From assembly GCA_951406725.2 (NCBI GenBank), contig OX597817.1, positions 107,136,001-107,200,000 of the forward strand: 64,000 nucleotides of DNA, written 5' to 3'. Of the stretch, positions 1 to 12,049 are shown piece after piece (the first letter of the stretch is position 1; the number at the start of each line of letters is the position of its first letter). The translations under genes and the position numbers were made by a program. Under the pieces are notes generated by a model. The model worked only from the letters and a program-made list of their open reading frames with translations. It made no database searches and was not told the origin of the DNA. The DNA comes from Octopus vulgaris (taxonomy: Eukaryota).

Positions 1-506
1 AAAAAACGCTAATGGTGTCTGTTTGGTGGTCCAGCACTGGTGTCATCCACTGCAACTGGAAAGTCAATTACAGTGGATGTATACATCAACCAATAGGATG
101 AAACGATGAGTGAACTTGCAATTAAACAACTGAGTTTGGTCAATAGAGACAGGCCAATTCTCATGCAAGACAATGCTTGACCACATGTTGCACAAAGAAC
201 ACTATTCAAGTTACAGGAACTGAACTTGGAAGTACTCTGTCATCCACCATATTCACCAGACCTTGCACCAACTGACTATCATGTTTTCCAAGCATTAGAC
301 AACTTGAAATCTGAAGAAGATGCAAAAAACAGCCTTTCGGGATTTCATCACCTCTTGCTCTCCAGAATTCTTCACTGCCAGCATAAGCTTTCAATAAAAT
401 GGCAAAATCGTGTTGATACTTTCATTAACTGCATTGCTTTTTGTTGAGATATAGTAAAATATACTTTCAGTTCAAAATCGGACATTTCATTCTTAATGAT
501 CTGATA
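1..506 (+). mobile_element. Mariner (DD34D) transposon remnant, 3' half, truncated by window start
   Basis: Translated motifs LMQDNA*PHVA and HPPYSPDLAPTDYHVF, with stops and frameshifts. A TIR-like end follows (ggacatttcattcttaatgatctgata). Confidence 0.8.
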
Positions 507-534
507 TTTACTTTTTCAAAATGATAGTAATCAT

Positions 535-1425
535 ATTGGTTTCAGAGTTTGGCCAAGGCCAGAAGTTCAGGGGAGTGGGTAAGTCAATTAAATCGAACCT
601 GAAAGGATGAAAGGCAAAGTCGACATTAGCAGAATTTGAACTCAGAGCATAAAGCCAGATGAAATGCTAAGCATTTTGCCTGGCATGCTAACACTTCTGT
701 CAGCTCACTGTTTTACTGATGGTAATCATACTGATTGCCAATATTTCAAGGTTGACATGGCAACAAGCTGGCAGGATTGTTAGCATGCTGGACAAAATGC
801 TTAGTGGCATTTCATCCATTTTCACACTTTGAGTTCAAATTCTGCTGTGGTCGACTTTGCCTTTCATCCTTTTAGGGTTGGTAAAATAAGTACCAGTTGA
901 ATACTAGGGTTAATGTAATTGATTTACCCATCACCCAAAATTCCTGGCCTTGTGCCAAAATTTAAAATCAGTTTACCTTAAGGTATTCAATTGCATACCT
1001 TTATGTTCTGAGTTCAAATTAAACCAAGTAGAACTTTACCTTTCATTTCTCTGGGGAGTCAATAAATTAGAGGACCAGTCATACACTGGAGTTGATGTAA
1101 TTAACATTAGCTGATGGGTCCACAAACTCATTAGTGCATTGGACAAAATGCTTGTGGTATTCAGTAACAGTGGTTTACATTCTGAGTTCAAATCCTGATG
1201 TGCTCAATCTTGCCTTTCATCTTTCTGGGGTCAATAAAATATAGTAGGGACACGGCCCGAAATTTTGGAGGAGTGAGCTAGTCAATTACATTGACCCTCA
1301 ATGTTTGAGTGGTACTTATTTTATCAATTCCAAAAGGATGAAAGGCAAAGTTGTCTTGAAAAAATCTGAACTCAATGTAAAGCTAGAAGAAATACTGCTA
1401 AGCATTTTGTCTGGCATGCTAAAGA
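535..1425. mobile_element. Cluster of about 5 family-A tRNA-derived SINE copies in both orientations (approximate)
   Basis: Repeated core gagttcaaat(B-box)...gtcgactttgcctttcatccttt..ggggt.gataaaataagtaccag. Copies at about 535-712 (-), 760-965 (+), 995-1100 (+), 1120-1240 (+) and 1245-1425 (-). Confidence 0.8.
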
Positions 1426-1439
1426 TTGGAGCGGGTGCT

Positions 1440-1727
1440 TGAGAAGACATGTCAAGTTAAGTGAAATCATAATCACAGTCAGTGTTGGTGACATATGAAA
1501 GGCACCTGTGCCGGTGACACATAAAAGGAATCCATGGTGGTGACATGTAAAAGGTACCCAGTACTGTCTGTGGAGGAGTGGTTGGTATTAGGATGGGCAT
1601 CCAGCTGTAGAAACCAAGCTAAAATAAACTGGAGCTTGGTGCAGCTCTCTAGTTTACCAACTCCAATCAAATTGTCTTACTCTTGCTAGCATGAAAAACG
1701 GATACTAAATGATGATGATGATGATGT
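1440..1727 (+). mobile_element. RTE-LINE 3'-end fragment
   Basis: Homologous to the 3' UTR of the RTE at 12050-14190 (ggtgacacataaaagg units, gggcatccagctgtagaaac) and ends in a (GAT)n tail. Confidence 0.75.
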
Positions 1728-2066
1728 CAAAGAACGTAACAGGAATAGTAGAGTACTGAGCTTGTAGTATTTAAATTTTGATTTCAAATCCAACTAGGGA
1801 TGAAGTTGCAGTTTAAAGATCCAGAAGCAATAATTACTACTGAGGTAAATACTATACATATTGGGGTTAATTCCAAGCCCATTCTTCACAAATTTTTGTA
1901 TCTCTTTGTCAAAATTACAAATCATCTCATGCGAGCGAAGGGCAAATCTATCTTGAATGCAAAATTTTGTACCTGCTTGGAACTTACCTTTAAATTTTAT
2001 TTTTGTTACTCATAAAAAGTAGGGAAAATATACATTTAAGGGAATAAAAACAGAGATAGAGCTTAC

Positions 2067-2263
2067 GTCTGTGTCTTTTATACATTGTTCCAGCTGTAAA
2101 CAGACTGAAATAGGAATATAGTTATTACACATGTCAGTTTTCTTGGTCTGTAGCTCATCCAATTTCTCAAGAATAGCAATTCTTAGTGTTTCCACATCAT
2201 CATAAAATTCTAATTTTGGTTTTATTTCTGGCACATCTTCAGCACTATCATCATAAAGGCTGA
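2067..2263 (-). CDS. C6orf118: C6orf118-like protein, coding exon 5 (gene continues beyond)
   Basis: Acceptor ttttccag|tcagc and donor gac|gtaagc. Phase 1 in, phase 0 out, in frame with exon 11777-11835. Encodes SLYDDSAEDVPEIKPK...LQLEQCIKDTD. Confidence 0.75.
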
Positions 2264-3995
2264 CTGGAAAAATAAATAAATATAATTCCTCAAGAAAATA
2301 ATTTACCTGTTGAAATATGAAAAAATTTTCTCAGAGAAACTAACAGCAAAAAATAAGAGTACAACATGCTGATGAGGGGAGCCTGTCAGTTATTGCTCAA
2401 TCTCTAGAAATAACAGTCAAACTCCTCTCAAGTCACACTTTAATGTCTTAAAAATGAAATGATATATTGGATAATGCATTCCTGGATATATGTCTGGGAA
2501 TATGATTAGAAAGTCATGGCTGAAATGCTTTGATCAAAGGTCTGTTTCATGAGAGCTCACCTGGGACTAAACAATAACAAAGTATCAAATTTTTTCTGAA
2601 CACCCTGTATAACTCCAGGCTGACCAAAACCTTGTGAGTGGATTTGGTAGAGAGAAACTGAAGGAAATCCATTGTATTTATATGTATGAATGTTTGCGTC
2701 TCCTTATGGCGACATCATGTAATGTTGTAAATGAGTGTCACTTTCAAACAGGGAGTACCATTCATTTCCAGTCTTCCATGAAAATATGTCTAGCCACAGG
2801 CAAATATTAATTTACTTGGAAGAGCATTTAACTATGGAAAAATGTGCTTCAATAAACTCCATCTGGCTCATGCAAACAAGGAAAATCATCACCATTACCA
2901 TCATTTAATGTCTGTTTTCCATGCTGGCATGGATTGGGTGGTTTGACCAGAGTTAGTAAAGCTGGGGGCTGCACCAGGCTCAATTGTCTGTTATAGCATG
3001 GTTTCTATGGCTGGATGCTCTTCATAATACCAACCACTCTACAGTGTACTGGGTGCTTTATATGTAGTACCAGCACCAGTGCTTTTAACATGGCACCAGT
3101 AAGAGTGTTTTTTATGTGGCACCAGCACCAGTAGTTGTAAAAGGATTGTAATGATGATGATGCTTCATTAAATAACTGAACATGTTTCATTTGTTGATAG
3201 TCAAAAAAGAAAATTACAACCACAATAACATTGATATTTTGAAGATTAATCAGAGAATGAAACTCAACTTTTAAAATACAAATCTAGGTGTCATTTTTAT
3301 GTTTGTTTAATTAAGAGACAGTTTTGCCCTCAACATAGTGTTATGTGTTCGATTTTAGCTATAGCTGGAATTTTTAAACTATTCATTGCATGGAAATTCA
3401 TTGCTTCATGTAACAATAAATGCCCTACTAACCTATGTAAAAATCATTCTTCTCATGAGGAAAGATCAAAAATGTTTCACAAATTGGAAATCAATACACA
3501 ACTATCATAAAGCAAAATAAAAGCATAAAAAAAGAAAGCTTTAAAATTACAAATTATCATGGGAAAGAAGTTGGTGAAAAAGTTATATATTTCATGTATT
3601 TATTTATTTCTGTTTTAAATCAAATGTGAGGTAATGAAGTCGACTGTGAGGAATATTGATAAATTATATAGGATCAGTGACTTTGTGGATTTTTATATTT
3701 ATGGTAGTTTCTTAGGTTAATCTTTCTAATTTTGGTACAAAGCCAGAAGTATTGAAGGGAGGGGACAAATTGATTACATTGGCCCAAGTACTTGGCTGGT
3801 ACTTATTTTATCAACCTCAATAGGATGAAAGACAAAGTTGACCTCAGTAGGATTTGAACTCAGGACATAAAGCTGGAAGGAATGCCACTAAACGTTTTGT
3901 CCAAAGTGCTAATGATTCTGCCAGCTCACTGTCTTATATTTCCTAGATTAATGTCAGTTATAAATTATTAACTATATATGTTAACATAAACTATA

Positions 3996-4860
3996 TGTGG
4001 TCTGATCAATAAGTATCTGAATTGTTGCCCTTGTAACAAAGGTAAAGCATGCAGAGTGAAGCTGCTTGACACAGACTGACCTTGAACTTTGCAATGCATG
4101 CACACCAAGTTTTAATGTTCTAGCTCACTTCTGCAGTTTACAGCAGTGTTTGGAAGGAACGTGTGTAGCATGTGATCATTGCATTGATCATGAACCAGCA
4201 TCAAATTTTGCCAAAACCTTGGCGATACTTGCCCAGAGGCCAACACAAAGTTACAGAAAGCGTATGGAGAGGAGTGGATGAGCCAAAAAAAATGTCGATA
4301 GTGACGAACATTCTGGAAGACCTGCCACCAGCAGAACTGAGAAAAATATCGCAGATATTTGTGTAGCAGTGAGGGGAAAAAATTAAATCACCATCCACGA
4401 GTCATCAGAGGATGTGCAGATTAGTTAAGGTTCAGTCCATTATCACTGAAGATTTGGGTATGAGACACGTGTCTGCCAAAACTGCTTTCAGCTGACAACG
4501 CAGCTACCCATTTAGTGCAACTTGTGCAGCAGTTTTTGGCTCAACACAGCATTCCTCAGGTCCAACAGCCACCGTATTCCCCAGATCTTACCTCTTGTAA
4601 TTTTTTCCTCCTTCCAAAAATCAAATCCTGCTCGACACGAAGATTTCAGGATGTCGAAGAAATCAAAGTGAATTTGATGAGGCAGCTGCTGATTATCCCA
4701 GAAAACGAGTTCCAGGAATGCTTCCATCAATGGAAACAGTGCTGGATTAAGTCTGTGGTTTCTGAAGGGGACTACTTTGAAGGAGATTCAATGTCATATT
4801 GGCACATGTTGTAGTTTTGCTTTTATAGCACCAGTCTGCATACTTATTGTCCAGACCTCA
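3996..4860 (+). mobile_element. Internally deleted mariner element with TIRs and TA TSD
   Basis: TIRs tgtggtctgatcaataagtat and atacttattgtccagacctca, each flanked by TA. Transposase remnant QPPYSPDLTSCNFFLLPKIKS...CFHQWKQCWIKSVVSEGDYFE. Confidence 0.88.
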
Positions 4861-5683
4861 TATTATTACCCAGTCTAACTGAATGCTTTTCTGCTATCTC
4901 CCTCAATAAAAAAAATTGTATTTTTACATTAAGGTTAAATATCTAGGTTACATTAGAATGAATAGTAAGAAAATGAAATTGATAAGGTTACATGTCATAG
5001 AAGGACAGAATGGACTAAGCAGAGCAGGAGGATACATGTGGATGGAAAGGGTTGCTGAAATTGATTGCATCAATAATTTTTTCCCAGTATTGTTATGGCT
5101 AAGTCCTAATACTCTTTTGCTCTCCCAAATCAATGTTATGTGAAGAACCAAAACCCAGTTAGGAACTCGATCCATGCACAATGCCATTATATTTCTGATA
5201 TTGGTAAGGTATGATCTGGCAGAATTGTATGCACACAGGACAAAATGGTTACTGACATTTATTCAAGATTTACATTCAGAATTCAAATTTCCCAAAGTCT
5301 ACTTTGTCTTTTATCCTTTTAGGGTTAATAAAATAGGTGCTAGTTGAATACTAAGGGCGGTGTAATCAACTAGCTCCATCTTTCAGAATTTCAGGTCTTG
5401 TGCCTATAAGTTGAAAGTATTGTTAGCATTGTTAGCTTCGTAGCATTTTTTCTGGTTTTACATTCTGAGTTCAAATTCCATTGAGATCAACTCTAACTTC
5501 ATCCTTTTAGAGTTGATAAAATAATTATCAACTCAGCACTGGAGTCAATGTCATCACCTGGCACCTTCCTTTAAAAAAATGTCAAACATTGTGCCTATAG
5601 TAGAAACTGTCCAACCCATGCTATCATGGAAAGCGGACGCTAAATGATGATGATGATGATGATGATGATATATATATAAATAT

Positions 5684-5870
5684 CACCATCATCATCACCA
5701 TCATCGTTTAACGTCCGTTTTCCATGATAGCATGGGTTGGACAGTTTGACCGGGGTCTGGGAAGCCAGGAGGCTGCACCAGGCTCCAGTCTGATCTGGCA
5801 GTGTTTCTACAGCTGGATGCCTTTCCTAACACCAACCACTCCGTGAGTGTAGCGGGTGCTTTTTACGGGT
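5684..5870 (-). mobile_element. RTE-LINE 3'-end fragment
   Basis: Reverse complement of the RTE tail (aaaagcacccgctacactcacggagtggttggtgttaggaaaggcatccagctgtagaaac...(GAT)n). Confidence 0.8.
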
Positions 5871-5873
5871 ATC

Positions 5874-5875
<2 letters not shown>

Positions 5876-5929
<54 letters not shown>
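5876..5929. repeat. (AT)n microsatellite
   Basis: Perfect AT dinucleotide run. Confidence 0.95.
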
Positions 5930-5931
<2 letters not shown>

Positions 5932-6516
5932 CTACACATAACTACAAAACCTGTGCAACCAAACCATTGCATGAAAAGAATATTTTCTTGTGCGACTGTA
6001 GTTCCTCACTGGATGGTCGTATCCAATACATCTTTTAATAATAATAATAATGAATCAATAACAATGACTTCTTTTATTCATTCACATCATTGTTAATGTG
6101 GTAAACACACACACATCTACTCAAGTGCTAAATAGGTGAATGCTCCATTTTCATTGAAATCTTAAACTGGTGACCTAACATAGTCCAAACACACTTCATA
6201 TTCCTACTACTATTATGCTGGGGTTGCAAATTTAACATAATAGTTGAATATGAATGGTAATCACCAATGTGTTTGGATTACAGCAGGGGTCACCAATTTA
6301 ACCTATGAATGAATATGAAGTGTTCATCAATTTAAAACATGAATAAATGTGTTATTGTATTAATAATGGGATGAATAAAAAGTTACACGAATGAATGTAA
6401 GTAATCATAGTTATCAGTTCCTTAGTTATCAGTTCCTTATGTAAAAGCTGTATTGGACATAACATCTGATGAGAAGTAGTAATTTGGTTAGACAAGTTCT
6501 GTAGTTATGTGTAGAT
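5930..6516. mobile_element. Non-autonomous TIR element (MITE), superfamily unassigned
   Basis: Left end atctacacataactacaaaacctgtgcaaccaaa matches the reverse complement of the right end tttggttagacaagttctgtagttatgtgtagat. A second subterminal inverted match is present (tccaatacatctttt / aaaagctgtattgga). Confidence 0.7.
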
Positions 6517-8049
6517 GAGAGAGAGAGAGAGAGGGGGGTGCATGCACATGAATGTGTCAGTTGCCACAGTGAAGTTCTAAAACTAGGAGGAATTAGATGG
6601 CTCACATAGCTGACTCTTCATATTTGGTGGATCAGATAGTTGACACCAGCTGATATTGAATAGAGTTTAACATGAACATATAACAGTGTTCTGTTCTCTG
6701 TTCTACTGTCAATCCTGCTCTCTAAAATTTCTGTTTTTGTGTAGCTCAGCTAGGTTGATTTGCAATCAACAGCTATGATTTGTTAGTTTTATTGATGTCA
6801 GTCATTGAATTTGATGTGGAGTGTCATGAGTTATTTTCTTTCATATCAACACTGAGTTTGAAAATCTGGTTTTTGTTTATGAAATTCTCCTAATAGATAC
6901 TCCCCTCACTCCCAAAACCAGACTGGTTCAAACTGGGGCAAAAACCTGTCAAACATTTATGATACAACTGTACTTATACATACACATCATATGACCATAC
7001 CTACTACTTATAAGGATCTGTTTTCCTCAGTATAGATTTGGTTGTACAAGAACAACAAATTTACAGAATGAACATTTAGAATCACTTTGTAGTTTGTATT
7101 ATGTAAATAATGTGGCTAACTTAGCTTATGGTGTGAGATGACCACTAACCCTTCAAAAATTACCTTAGTGTCTAACCTAGGTTTTACATGACCCTTTTTT
7201 ATATCTAGAAACTGCTATGGTAAACCTAAAATAGACTACACATTATATAATTCTGTGCTTTCCTTGTCTCTCTCAATAAGAGTTCACATCTTTAGATTAG
7301 ATATCTAGGTTAGATGAGAATGAACAGTAACAAAATGAAATAGGCTGTGTAAATCAATTTTGTTCTCATACAAATCATTAATGAAAGTTTTTTTATGGCA
7401 GGTGGTTTTTTTAATGAATGAGCAAGTAGGAAAAAATAATATTCCATCAATTTTATCAAACAAATATCATTGCTAGTATCAATTTAATTACTGCATGCAT
7501 TTGAAAGAGCACCAGATTAAAATACTGGTGTGATAACATTTATAATGCGTGTACCAATGTGAAATGGCGCAAGTTGTAATATAGTAGGTACTTCACCATC
7601 TTCAAATTAATCACCTCAAATATCATCAGACTCATTACCAGACGACATGTAAACATATTTTCCAGGCTTCACTATTTTACAATTAAGAATCATGATACTT
7701 TGTTTAGTTTCTGTATGTACTTGACTAAATTTACAATTCTAAATTAAATAAGTTCATTACTAATTGTAATGTTTCAGAAAAACTTTTCAAAGAAATTTGT
7801 ATGTTAAAAAACACAAGGCTTTGCTCAGAATGTTGATGGCTCACCAGATACAGTGTTTATATGGTTCAGATTAGAGTATTGCTGTGAAATGAGTATAATA
7901 AGGTATTTTAAAAGACTTTGACAGATATGTAAGCTATAGTGAAAAAAATTCAACCAGTAAGGATGGGTTAAAGTACTTCAAAATGATAATCTCATTTGTG
8001 TTTTGTTTCACTTGATGCTGCATGTATAAAAGATGATATTGCAAAAAAT

Positions 8050-9990
8050 ATTGAAAATGTGATCTTCCAGATTGATGAATATAAAAATATCTCTGGTTAA
8101 TTGTTAGAAACAGAAAACTTAGTTGTGTTGTATGCAAGAATGGTCACCCTGGACTTGAATGAACACAAAAATCCATGTCTTGTGAATGGTACCATGTTAA
8201 TGTTGTAGGTGTAGGACTAAATGGTGACAAGGTAAAACAGTTAAAAAGCTTAGGAGTAAAAGATTTTTAAACACAAAACCTGTGAAACCCATTTCCAGAA
8301 ACTTTAAGAAAAATTAATAAAGCAGCTGATGAAAAAGTAATTGAAAATGTAGTGTTTATATGTCACTGTAAAATGATGAAACAAAAACAGGGTGAATTTG
8401 TTTAACTGTATATAATATTGTGCAGAAATGTAGGCCAAACACAGACATAGTACTGGATTGCAATAGAGAAATATGCTTGGCTTAGAAAATGTTCTATACT
8501 CTCATAAATTATGTGTAAGTATTGTACACCATGGAGGGAATTGTATGTAAAAGATAGGGGTGAAAAGGAATAATTTCCAAACAATCTAAAATGTCTGTTA
8601 TGATTGATGAGTTTACTATCATTAATGGTAGAATTGTTACAGTAGTCTGCTTGAGAGCAGATATCAGGGAATCTTATCACTTTGTATAGTTTTATTTTGA
8701 CTAAGGACATTAAAAGTTTAGTACAAATGTAAAATCTATATATGAAGAGTAATGTAAGTGATGCTGTAAATGAAATTACTGGATTGAACCATACTCAGAT
8801 ATTTTGTGATAAATTGAATTTCTAATCAGATAGGTCTCAAAATTAATCAAAATGAGTTAATTGTAAGTACTGAGGCCTTTCACAGTCAACTGTTGAAATT
8901 AGCCTGTTTTCAGTGTGAAATGAGTTGCTTTTCAGAGAAGCATTTGGAAAAGTGACTGAGATGTTTTAATATCTAGAGCAGAAAAAGGAAAGCTTGAAGT
9001 GCTGTAAGAAAGTATTAGAATTACCAACTTTCATAAGTTAAGTTTGTTCATAAACAGTTTGATAAGAGTTGTCTGAGCTATCATTTGACCTAGAAGTATA
9101 AACTTAGTCAAGTACATAAAAAAATTAAACAAACATCATGGTTCTTGAATAGTTAAACCTGAAAAATATCAATGTTCAAATATCATATAGTAATTAGTCA
9201 AATGATATCTAAGGTGATAAATTTGAGGATGCTAAGATATTTATTACACAGCGTGAGGGCGTGTGGCTTAGTGGTTAGGGCATTCGGCTCATGATCGTAA
9301 GGTTGTGAGTTCGATTCCCGGCGACGTGTTGTGTCCTTGAGCAAGACACTTTATTTCACGTTGCTCCAGTCCACTCAGCTGGCAAAAATGAGTTGTACTT
9401 GTATTTCAAAGGGTCAGCCTTGTCACTCTCTGTGTCACGCTGATTATCCCCGAGAACTACGTTAAGGATACACGTGTCTGTGGAATGCTCAGCCATTTGC
9501 ACGTTAATTTCACGAGCAAGCTGTTCCGTTGATCGTATCAGCTGGGACCCTCGTCGTCGTAACCGGCGGAGTCTTTAAAATTACACAGCAACAATAATTT
9601 TTGAGGCCTTTCATCAATAATATGAATCTGATAATGTAACCAGACAAAATTTTTAGATATTAAAAATATTCCAGAAGATTTACTTTTTACCATTGAGAAT
9701 GATGGTATACAAAAACTAGTAGAGCTGATTCGTATAAACGATAGTGTACAGATAGTCTACAGAAAATGAGGAATCTATAAGGAAAATAGTTTCTGCACAT
9801 TTTCAGCAATTACTAACAGCTGTAAATACAATCCCATTGTCAACAGATTTACATATGTCCCTCACAAGATGCAGGATATTAAATAGATTATCTTTCAACT
9901 CTTCTATTTATTAAGATGCTGAAAAAATGTCATGTAGAAGGAGAGAGGAGGTGACAGAAAAAAAATTAAGATTATATACCATTACAGAAC
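8050..9990 (+). pseudogene. Decayed KIAA1586-like hAT transposase (approximate limits)
   Basis: Fragmented peptides YLWLIVRNRKLSCVVCK..MSCEW, SDAVNEITGLNHTQIFCDKL and TAVNTIPLST..STLLFIK resemble KIAA1586-type hAT proteins and the hAT C-terminal dimerisation region. Many stops are present. Confidence 0.65.
9253..9579 (+). mobile_element. Family-C tRNA-derived SINE, full length, 10-bp TSD
   Basis: A-box tggcttagtggt and B-box gagttcgattcc. TSD attacacagc at 9243-9252 and 9580-9589. Inserted into the hAT remnant. Confidence 0.88.
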
Positions 9991-10254
9991 ATTCTATAAT
10001 GCAAAGTAGAACATAGAACAACACTGCATTTGTTCTTCAAAAGAAAGAAACTAACAATTTAACACAAAGTAAGAAAACTTTTTTAAATTCAGCAGAATAT
10101 ACTTATTTTTGAAGAGTGGGTGCTGGCTCAGCTTGTGTGTGTGTGTATGTGTGTGCACGTGTGTGTGTGTGTATGTATGCATGGAACTTAGTGACAGATG
10201 TTGAAAAATGATGATGGTGTATATATATATAAAAGTTTGGAATAATATTCACTC

Positions 10255-10298
<44 letters not shown>

Positions 10299-10299
<1 letters not shown>

Positions 10300-10971
10300 T
10301 AGCAGTAATACCCGTCGTTCATCGGATAATTACTTTTACATTTCTCAGAAGTCACATTCAAAGTATTATTATATATATAATAGATTTCTCAAAGAGGATT
10401 TCAGGAGATAGTTTCAGGGAGCCACTGGCGATGTATCATGATGATCAAAAATCCAGCCTGCTAAAATTTGGTTAAAAGTGATTCAAACTGCAGACTCAAC
10501 ACAAAATGGTCACATTTAATTCAAAGTGTTAAAAATGTTATGAAAACAATTGGTATGTGTTCACAAAGTCCAAACGATAAATAAGAAAAAACCCTCCAGG
10601 CTACATCCCGAAAATTCATTTCTTTGCCGAATTTCTACAATGTTTATGGCGATTCATTTTAATATCTTGATTTTTTTTATTTTTCATGCAATTTACGCAT
10701 GCTTGCACGCGTGGTGAACACAGTTCACGTCAAACAGCTGACTGAGTAAAGTTCACTATTCAATGCATGGGATAAGGCCTAAACAAACACATTATCGATT
10801 TTTGCACTTGCGAGATGAATTTCGGAACAGAAATAGCGCAGTTCAATTTTCATTCGCCTAAACTTTAAGTGACCCATTTTTGTGGTTCTACGATTTGTTG
10901 GCTAGGAGATGTGCTGGGAAGTTAAACACACAGATACACACACAGACACACAAGTTGAGTTTTATATATAT

Positions 10972-10975
<4 letters not shown>
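10299..10975 (-). mobile_element. Non-autonomous Helitron in (TA)n
   Basis: Minus-strand 3' end tccgatgaacgacgggtattactgCTAG|t (subterminal hairpin plus CTAG). 5' end tatatataaaactcaacttgtgtgtctgtg. Flanked by (TA)n on both sides. Confidence 0.72.
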
Positions 10976-11032
<57 letters not shown>

Positions 11033-11498
11033 CAGTCATAAATGAGGGCAAAGGAAAAAATTCTAATGCCAAATATGCCGAAAAATTGGACATATTGTCC
11101 ATTAACCATAAAACATTGACAGATCAGATTGGAGCCTGGTGCAACCACTGGCTCTCCAGACCTCAGTCAAACAGTCCAACCCATGCCAGTATGGAAAACA
11201 GACATTAAATGATGACAATGATGATGATTATATATTTGATAACAGGCAATTCAAAGCCTGAGATTTTCAAAAATATCAATAGCAGTTCAGTAGAAGGGAG
11301 AACAGGTGATAAGAATATAATAGGTCATTAGTATATCTGTAACATATTTTGCATTTCTGATTAATGTTTTGCTTTGTTTACAAATTATTAAGTTCTTGTA
11401 ATTTTGGTCATAGAATATAAAAAAACACCCAAAATATTGCCCAACATAAAATTTATAGACAGATATAAACTGATGATGGTGATGATGATTCCATTAAA

Positions 11499-11737
11499 CA
11501 GTGGTCGAAAGTTTGGAACATTTAAAAAAAAATTAAATCTATTATGCCCATGTACAGTTTGCAAAATTACAGGAAGTCACGTGACCTGCATCAATCATAG
11601 CTAAAATAAAATTTTTATAGACACCCACTATATTACAGTAAGTAGTAATAATATATTGCAAATTAAATATAACTTGGAGTATTTAATATAAAAATTCAAA
11701 TTTTCAGAACTATGTTCCAAACTTTTGGCCATGACTG
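11499..11737. mobile_element. Tc1-type MITE
   Basis: Inverted ends cagtggtcgaaagtttggaacat and atgttccaaacttttggccatgactg|ta. Confidence 0.6.
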
Positions 11738-11776
11738 TATGTTTATTGTTCTTACAGTTCAATGTTGCATACTCAC

Positions 11777-11835
11777 CCACGCTTTCTTGATCTGCAGTAA
11801 TTCTTTCTGTTTCTGCATCGATATCTTTTTTTAAA
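11777..11835 (-). CDS. C6orf118: C6orf118-like protein, coding exon 4
   Basis: Acceptor ctttgcag and donor gg|gtgagt. 59 nt, phase 2 in and phase 1 out, matching both neighbours. Encodes LKKDIDAETERITADQESV. Confidence 0.75.
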
Positions 11836-12049
11836 CTGCAAAGATTGACAACAAAATATCATAGGACGTAAGTTTAGCAGCCAAAATTCTTTTTTAAAAA
11901 AAAGAAAGATAATCAAAACTAGTCCAAAGAAACTTATAGTGGTCTGCATAGAATTTTTAATAAAGTTGGTAAATTTTGATAAGTTTGTACACTGTTGAGT
12001 GAGGGGTGAGAGTACTGATGTTTTGAATAAAGCCCTTCTTTGGAGTGAA

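Noticed and set aside
751-764. X-box-like GTTGACATGGCAAC
   Set aside because: It overlaps the 5' end of a SINE copy and is not near any inferred gene start.
1797-1990. Possible next exon of the C6orf118-like gene
   Set aside because: Candidate acceptors lack a good polypyrimidine tract, and the phase-0 reading stops early without recognisable similarity. The next exon may lie outside the window.
2370-2412. Hammerhead ribozyme (CTGATGA...GAAA)
   Set aside because: I could not form stems I-III around the core. It lies at the edge of an old dispersed repeat.
9253-9325. tRNA gene
   Set aside because: The A/B boxes continue into a SINE body bounded by a TSD, and there is no convincing cloverleaf or acceptor stem.
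10208-11208. ORFs rich in YI/CV repeats (also 28368-28584 and 36418-36928)
   Set aside because: They are translations of (TA)n, (TG)n and (GA)n microsatellites and adjacent repeats.
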